DNA of 64,000 bases. Source: Acidimicrobiia bacterium (GTDB lineage: Bacteria > Actinomycetota > Acidimicrobiia > IMCC26256 > PALSA-610). The stretch is from positions 177 through 64,176 of the forward strand of contig JBBQER010000004.1 in assembly GCA_038320885.1 (NCBI GenBank), written 5' to 3'. The notes under the pieces were generated by a model that was given only the letters and a program-made list of their open reading frames with translations, was not told where the DNA came from and made no database searches. This document shows positions 58,433-64,000 of the stretch, piece after piece (the first letter of the stretch is position 1; each line of letters starts with the position of its first letter). Made by a program: the position numbers and the translations under genes.

Positions 58433-59706
58433 GGCGGCGCATCGTCTGGTCGATCGTCGGCGTCTCGGTCGTCGTGCTGCTCGTGCTCGGCATCCCGCTC
58501 GGAATCGCGGTCGGGCGCCTCTACCGGAACGAGGCCGTGTTGCGCCTGGAGCGGGAAGCCAGCGAGACCCGACGCGTCATCAACGTCGCCGAGCTCATCC
58601 GCGGCGACCCCGTCGAACTTCCCAAGGACGGGCCGATCGGCTTCGCGCTGTATTCGAGCGCGGGCAGGAAGATCGCGGGCGTGGGTCCGGCCCGGGCCGA
58701 CGATCCGGTGCGCCGAGCGCTACGCGGCGACGTGCACGACGCGCGCGAAGGTGGGCGCATCGTCGTCGCCATCCCCGTCGACGGCAACGAACGCATTGTC
58801 GGCGCGCTGCGCGCCAGTCGACCCGCCGCGAGCGTCACCGACCGTATCCGCAACGCGTGGCTCCTCATGGTGCTCGCCGCCGGTGTCGCGCTGGCGATCT
58901 CCGGCCTCCTTGCCTGGTGGCAGGCGCGGCGGCTGACTCGTCCCGTCGACGCGCTGGTCGAGTCGGCCGAACGACTCGGCGCCGGAGACTTCTCGGTGCG
59001 CAGCACCCGTTCGGGCCTCAAAGAGCTCGACGAGCTCGGCGCCGCCGTGAACGCAACCGCGCAGCGCCTCGGGGAGCTGCTGTCCCGCGAGCGTGCCTTC
59101 AGCGCCGATGCGTCGCATCAACTGCGGACGCCCATCGCGGGCATTCGGGTCACGGTGGAGAACGCGCTCCTGACGCCGCAGACCGACGCGCGAGCTGCAC
59201 TCCGAGATCTTCTCGATCCCATCGACCGGCTCGAAGCCACCGTCGACGATCTGCTCGATCTGGCGCGCGACACGCACGGCGATCGCACCGAGCTCGACGT
59301 CGCCCGGCTGCTCGACGACCTTGACGCCGAATGGCACGGACGCCTCGCCGCGGCCGCGCGGCCGCTGCGGATCGAGGTCGAACCGCAGCTGTCCCGGCCC
59401 CTGGTGTCGGCGTCCGCGGTTCGCCAGGTTCTCGACGTCATGCTCGCGAATGCGTTCGAGCACGGAGCCGGCTCGGTGACGGTTCGGGCCCGTCGCACGC
59501 CGGGCGCGATCGCGATCGACGTTGCCGACGAAGGCCCCGGTGTCGTCGATACCCGCGCGCCGTTCGAGCGGCGTTCGGGCGACGGTCACGGAATCGGGCT
59601 CGCGTTGGCGCGGGCGCTCGCGGAGGCGGAGGGTGGCCGCGTCGTGCTCGAGCGGCCGGGCCCCGGCCCCGTGTTCTCTCTCTTCGTGCCGATCGAGTCC
59701 AGCTAG
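58429..59706 (+). CDS. Sensor histidine kinase (HAMP-HisKA-HATPase)
   Basis: Two TMs, HAMP, H-box ASHQLRTP, N-box NAFEHG, D-box DEGPG and G-box GIGL. Confidence 0.95.
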   Translation: MRRRIVWSIVGVSVVVLLVLGIPLGIAVGRLYRNEAVLRLEREASETRRVINVAELIRGDPVELPKDGPIGFALYSSAGRKIAGVGPARADDPVRRALRGDVHDAREGGRIVVAIPVDGNERIVGALRASRPAASVTDRIRNAWLLMVLAAGVALAISGLLAWWQARRLTRPVDALVESAERLGAGDFSVRSTRSGLKELDELGAAVNATAQRLGELLSRERAFSADASHQLRTPIAGIRVTVENALLTPQTDARAALRDLLDPIDRLEATVDDLLDLARDTHGDRTELDVARLLDDLDAEWHGRLAAAARPLRIEVEPQLSRPLVSASAVRQVLDVMLANAFEHGAGSVTVRARRTPGAIAIDVADEGPGVVDTRAPFERRSGDGHGIGLALARALAEAEGGRVVLERPGPGPVFSLFVPIESS

Positions 59707-59781
59707 ACCATTCGACGTCTCGGGCTGAGCGAGTGACGAGATCTCGGCCGTGAGCCGTCGCGTCGAGCATGATGGCCTCAG

Positions 59782-61080
59782 ATGAGGTCGCGCACACTGG
59801 TCCTGACCGCGATCCTCTTGGGCTGCGTCGTCGGGCGCGGCGCGTACGTCCTCTACCTCGCGCATTCGGACAAGATCGTGACGACGGTCGGCGATGTCCC
59901 GACGTATCTCGGACCGGCCCACGAATTGCTCGACCACGGCCGCTTCGACAGCGCCGGCCCCCCGCCGGACCAGCCCGAGTTCCTCCGCACCCCGGGCTAT
60001 CCCGTGTTCATCGCCGCGGTGTACCGCGTCTTCGGCGAGAACAACACTGCGGTGCTGCTCGTGCAAGTCGCCCTCAGCGGGCTGACGGTCTTCCTCGCGT
60101 ATCTTCTCGCGGCGCGGATGTGGTCGGCAACCATCGGTGTGCTCGCCGCGTTGTTCACCGCGCTCGACCCGTTGCAGAGTACGACCGCGGCCACGCTCCT
60201 CACCGAGAGCCTCGCCGCGTTGTTGTTGATCATGGTCGCCGCAGTCGCTTTCGCGGCGTTCAGTGAAAAGCGGCCGCGACCCGGGCTCTGGGTGTTGCTC
60301 GGCGTGACCATCGCAGTCGCGACGCTCGTACGACCGGTGACCTACTACCTGCCGCTGCTGGTCGTGCTCCTGCTGCTCGTTCGACACGTGCGACGTCGCG
60401 CTCGATGGCCGGATCTCGCGAAGATGATGGCGGCGTTCATGGTGCCACTCGTGTTGCTCCTCGGCGGTTGGCAGCTGCGCAATCATGAGCGCGTCGACTC
60501 GTGGCGCATCAGCGGGATCGAGGCCAAGAACCTGTACCTGTTCCGCGCCGCGGGGGTTGTCGCCCGCGACTCGCACCGCCCATTCGCCGACACGCAACAC
60601 GAATTGAGGGTCGAGTTCGGGCGGCTCGGCTCCGAGAGCCAGGGTTCGTACTACGGCCGCATGTATCGAACCGGAATTCACATCCTGGCGAAACACCCCG
60701 TCGACGCGGTCATCGGCACCGTCGACGGCTTGTGGAGCGAGCTCTTCAGCGTGAAGCTGAAGATCGTGTCGCATATCGGGCCGGATCCCGATTCACCGGC
60801 CATGAGAGGTGTCGCCATCGTCTTGTTGGTCGGCTTCTACGCGCTCTGCGCGTACGGGATGGTGCTCGTCGTGCGACGCCGGCGAAACCTGTTCGCCCAC
60901 ACGTTCGTCGCAGGCGTCGCGTTCTACGTACTGCTCGCGTCCGCCGGCCCCGAAGCGCTCGGCGCGCGCGGGGAGCGCTTCCGCGCCCCGATCGTGCCCA
61001 TCCTGATCCTCTATGCGGCCGGAGGCGCCTGGGCGCTGTGCACCTCTATCCGTCGGAAGACAGCCGGAGAACGCTCATGA
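59782..61080 (+). CDS. GT-C glycosyltransferase (ArnT/PMT_2-like)
   Basis: D..TY loop, RTPGYP, LLTESL, LVRP and ERFRAP; many TMs. Confidence 0.78.
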   Translation: MRSRTLVLTAILLGCVVGRGAYVLYLAHSDKIVTTVGDVPTYLGPAHELLDHGRFDSAGPPPDQPEFLRTPGYPVFIAAVYRVFGENNTAVLLVQVALSGLTVFLAYLLAARMWSATIGVLAALFTALDPLQSTTAATLLTESLAALLLIMVAAVAFAAFSEKRPRPGLWVLLGVTIAVATLVRPVTYYLPLLVVLLLLVRHVRRRARWPDLAKMMAAFMVPLVLLLGGWQLRNHERVDSWRISGIEAKNLYLFRAAGVVARDSHRPFADTQHELRVEFGRLGSESQGSYYGRMYRTGIHILAKHPVDAVIGTVDGLWSELFSVKLKIVSHIGPDPDSPAMRGVAIVLLVGFYALCAYGMVLVVRRRRNLFAHTFVAGVAFYVLLASAGPEALGARGERFRAPIVPILILYAAGGAWALCTSIRRKTAGERS

Positions 61081-61820
61081 ACGGCACCCTCGCGCACCGG
61101 CACGGTCCGTACCGTCACGAGCACCACCACCATGGTCCCCATCGCCACAAGCCGATGCCATTCCGGTCGCGTGAGCACACCGATCACGAGCAAGAGCACC
61201 ACCACGAACACGGACACACGCACGGCCGCGTCGATCGTTCCATCGTCCGATCCCGCGCCGGCGTGCGAGCCGTTTCGATGAGTCTCGCGATACTCGCGGT
61301 TACCGCGGCGTTGCAGGCGATCGTCTTCGCCATGTCCGGTTCGGTCGCGCTGCTCGCGGACCTGATCCACAACGGAGGCGACGCGCTCACCGCGATCCCG
61401 CTCGGCATCGCCTTCCTGCTCAGAAGCGAACGCGGAGAACGGTGGTCTGGATACGCGGTCGTGCTCACCATCTTGGCCAGCGCCATGATCGCCGCCGGGG
61501 AGGCGGTCGATCGCCTCTTCCACCCCCAGAACCTTCACCACTTGATCCCGCTCGCGATCGCGGGATTGATTGGATTTGCCGGGAACGAGCTCGCTGCCAG
61601 AGTGCGGCTACGAGCCGGGGCCCGGCTGGGCAGTCCGGCGTTGATCGCCGACGGTCATCACGCCCGAGTAGACGGCTTCGTTTCGCTCGGCGTGATCGCA
61701 TCGGCGGCCATGGTCGGGCTGGGCGTGACGGTGGCGGACCCGCTCATCGGGCTCGCGATCACCGCGCTCATCTTGCGGATCACCGGGCAGGCATGGCGCA
61801 CCGTTCGCGCCGGGGCCTAG
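61077..61820 (+). CDS. Cation diffusion facilitator with His-rich N-terminus and no C-terminal domain
   Basis: SGSVALLADLIHNGGD (TM2 HxxxD) and SPALIADGHHARVD (TM5 HxxxD); stops right after TM6. Confidence 0.88.
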   Translation: MNGTLAHRHGPYRHEHHHHGPHRHKPMPFRSREHTDHEQEHHHEHGHTHGRVDRSIVRSRAGVRAVSMSLAILAVTAALQAIVFAMSGSVALLADLIHNGGDALTAIPLGIAFLLRSERGERWSGYAVVLTILASAMIAAGEAVDRLFHPQNLHHLIPLAIAGLIGFAGNELAARVRLRAGARLGSPALIADGHHARVDGFVSLGVIASAAMVGLGVTVADPLIGLAITALILRITGQAWRTVRAGA

Positions 61821-62962
61821 CCGGGCCGCACCGAGAACTGGTATCCGCTCCGGAAGACCGGCTGGAGCTTGACGAAGTCGCCGGTCTGCGTCGCCGAGAT
61901 CGTCATGCCGTCGCCGACGTAGATGCCGACGTGGTGGTGGTCGGCGTAATAGATGGACAGGTCGCCCGGCTCGAGCGCGCCGTCGGGCACTTGCGGGAAC
62001 ATCGATCCTTGCGCACCGGAGTAGTGCGGCATCGACACTCCTCCTTGGGCCCAGGCCATCATCGTCAGTCCGGAGCAATCGAACGAATCGGGCCCGGTGC
62101 CGGCGTATTGATACGGCTTTCCGAGTTGCGCCTTGGCGTACGCGACTGCCGCGGCGGCACCCGCCGACGGTGCCGGGACATCGGGAACGGGCGCGTTGCC
62201 GGGATCGACACCGGGGGTGCCGCTCGTCGCTGAGGGTTCGCTTGCGACACCTTGCGGAGCGACCGTCGTCGACGTCGACGTCGCAATGAGGTGCAGACGC
62301 GCCGCCTCGGCGTCACTGCGCGCCTTCTCGGCCGCGGCCTGCCGCTGCTCTTCCTGCGCGATCAGCGTCGCGATCTCGCCGTTGACCGACGCGAGCAGGT
62401 CAGCCTGCTTCGCGTTGGCGGCTTCGACGTCGCGCTGACTGGCGGCGATCGCGTCGATCTGGCTTTGTGCGCGTTGCTTCGCATCCTCGAGCTCGCTCTT
62501 CTTCACGCGCAGGTCAGCGCGCGCCGCCGAGAGCTGCTCGAGTGACGATCGATCACGATCGGCGGTCGCGGCTCCGTACTCGGAACGGCTGCCGGCCTCT
62601 TTCACACTCGAGACGTCCATCCAGGCGATCGGCGATTGGCTGCCGGCAGTCATGTACAGCGCCGCGGCCCGGCGCTCGACGATCGCGCTGGTGCGCTCGG
62701 TCTCCGCCTGCGCCACCGATATCCGGCTCTCGATTCCCGAGATGCTCCGCGTCACGGCATCGAGCGCGATCTTGGCTCCGTTGTACTGCTCGGCCAGTAT
62801 CGAGATCTTCTCGCCGTTGGCGTCGATCTCGGCCTTCAACTGCCGCGCTTGCGCCACCTTGTCGGCGATCGTCGCACCGGAAGCGAGCGACGGCACGAAC
62901 GCGCCGGCGAGCATCGCGATGCACACGCCCATCAAGGTCATGCGCGCGAATCGTTGCTTCAT
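61817..62962 (-). CDS. Secreted NlpC/P60 (C40) peptidoglycan endopeptidase with coiled coil (RipA/CwlO-like)
   Basis: Signal peptide, coiled coil, QLGKPY..G.GPDSFDCSGL and HHVGIYVG; start may be 62980. Confidence 0.92.
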   Translation of the reverse strand: MKQRFARMTLMGVCIAMLAGAFVPSLASGATIADKVAQARQLKAEIDANGEKISILAEQYNGAKIALDAVTRSISGIESRISVAQAETERTSAIVERRAAALYMTAGSQSPIAWMDVSSVKEAGSRSEYGAATADRDRSSLEQLSAARADLRVKKSELEDAKQRAQSQIDAIAASQRDVEAANAKQADLLASVNGEIATLIAQEEQRQAAAEKARSDAEAARLHLIATSTSTTVAPQGVASEPSATSGTPGVDPGNAPVPDVPAPSAGAAAAVAYAKAQLGKPYQYAGTGPDSFDCSGLTMMAWAQGGVSMPHYSGAQGSMFPQVPDGALEPGDLSIYYADHHHVGIYVGDGMTISATQTGDFVKLQPVFRSGYQFSVRPG

Positions 62963-63113
62963 GGGGACTCCCGTGGACATGGTCCGGGTCGGGTCCTTGC
63001 GGAGCGCTGGTTCGCGCAAGTGGCTAGCTGCGGGCGCGCGTCGAACGAGCCCGTGTGAGATTGGATCCTACGACACTAGGTCGTCGCGATCTGGAATGCG
63101 ACTCGACGCGACG

Positions 63114-64000
63114 CTAACGGGAGATCGCGACCAACGTCACGTCGCTCGTGAAGGTGTTGCGCGTGAACGAGATGCCGCGGTTCGTGAGGTTCGCGCCGTT
63201 GTCGGCCGCTACGCCCGACTTGCCCGCGCCGCTCACGAGGTTGTCGTGGATGTTCAGGTTCTCGAGCAGGCCGGGCCTGCCCTCAGGGCGATCCTGTTGT
63301 GTACCGGTGATCCCGTTGCAGTTGTCGGTCACGATGTTGTCCGCAACGACGGCCCGGTCCGACGAAGCGAGCGTGATGCCCCCGCCCCACAACCACGCGC
63401 AGCCCGACCCGTCCTTCTTGGTGTGCATCCCGTTGCGGGTTACCACGTTGTTGGTGACCGTCGCACCCGAGCTGATCTCGATGAAGATTCCCTCGGCCCA
63501 GTTGTCGGCAACCCGATTGCCGGTAATCGTCGCGCCGCTGGCGTTGAGGTCGGCCCACAAGCCCTTGCACGCGTTGTCGTGGAGGTAGCTGTTCTTCACG
63601 GTGACGTTCCGCGCGGTCCACTTCACCCCGCCGCCCTCGTAGCCGCAGCTGGTGTGTGCGGTCGTGTACGTGTCGTCGGTGAAGTTGTTGTGGTCGACCT
63701 CCGCGCCGTCGATCACCCAGCCGTGCGCGCCCCCACCGCCACCGATGCCGAGGCTGCGGTTGTTGTAGTAGCGCCCGCCGCGAACCACGGAGTCGACGCC
63801 GAGGTTCGCGCCGGTACCGCCCTCACTCGTGCCGTTGTCGTGGACCTCGAGGTTCAGGAACTTCCAGCCGGTCGTGCCGTGCGCATTGATCGCCGCCTTC
63901 TGATTGCCGCCCACGTAGTTGCGCACTTCGAGAGAGGTGAGTGTCACGTTGCTCGTCCCGTCACCGACGAATGCCGACACGGTCGCGTGGTTGCCGTCGA
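63114..64000 (-). CDS. Right-handed parallel beta-helix repeat protein (5' end beyond the window edge)
   Basis: Asn-ladder repeats (HDN, GLWAD, GIFIEIS, VTNNVVTRN); the frame stays open to the window end. Confidence 0.8.
   Translation of the reverse strand, partial: DGNHATVSAFVGDGTSNVTLTSLEVRNYVGGNQKAAINAHGTTGWKFLNLEVHDNGTSEGGTGANLGVDSVVRGGRYYNNRSLGIGGGGGAHGWVIDGAEVDHNNFTDDTYTTAHTSCGYEGGGVKWTARNVTVKNSYLHDNACKGLWADLNASGATITGNRVADNWAEGIFIEISSGATVTNNVVTRNGMHTKKDGSGCAWLWGGGITLASSDRAVVADNIVTDNCNGITGTQQDRPEGRPGLLENLNIHDNLVSGAGKSGVAADNGANLTNRGISFTRNTFTSDVTLVAISR

Noticed and set aside
62963-63113. Possible c-di-AMP (ydaO) riboswitch upstream of the NlpC/P60 gene; the minus strand has CCCGCAGCTAGCC, similar to CCCGUCAGCUAACC
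   Set aside because: The conserved 5' elements (GAAUCC, GGGGAACC, GGGGUGAA) are not seen and the space is short; it would need a cmscan hit.
1-64000. tRNA, rRNA, CRISPR arrays, IS elements, prophage or defence genes
   Set aside because: None recognised; intergenic gaps are short and no spaced repeats or transposase/integrase motifs were seen. Dedicated scans were not run.

Overview
High-GC, gene-dense bacterial DNA that looks actinobacterial (WS/DGAT, MptB-like GT-C, F420 PPOX remnant, RipA-like NlpC/P60; Acidimicrobiia-like by impression only). 1-20.1 kb is a Wzx/Wzy-type surface or exopolysaccharide locus. It is bracketed by a BY-kinase and an LMW tyrosine phosphatase and holds nine glycosyltransferases, a flippase, a Wzy/O-antigen ligase-family protein, a sulfotransferase, a methyltransferase, an acyltransferase and a secreted multidomain clan GH-A hydrolase. 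20.5-44.9 kb is mixed: a GT-C-like membrane protein, WS/DGAT, esterase, small stress proteins, a REC-PAS-PAS pseudo-kinase, modABC, nitronate monooxygenase, an internally deleted F420 oxidoreductase, a class III aminotransferase, thioesterase, pirin, a liv-type ABC importer, EamA, a phosphoribosyltransferase and lipoproteins. 45-61.8 kb holds a PadR-regulated FtsX-type ABC transporter and the most interesting uncharacterised module: two-component system, lipoprotein, two LolD-like ATPases, large FtsX-like permease, MptB-like GT-C, RpiR, COG4280-type ExxE membrane protein, small membrane protein and UppP, followed by a GT-C and a His-rich CDF lacking its C-terminal domain. The window ends with an NlpC/P60 hydrolase and a partial beta-helix protein. 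No rRNA, tRNA, CRISPR array or transposase was recognised. All family calls come from motif recognition by eye; no searches were run, and many start codons were moved inward from the ORF track.
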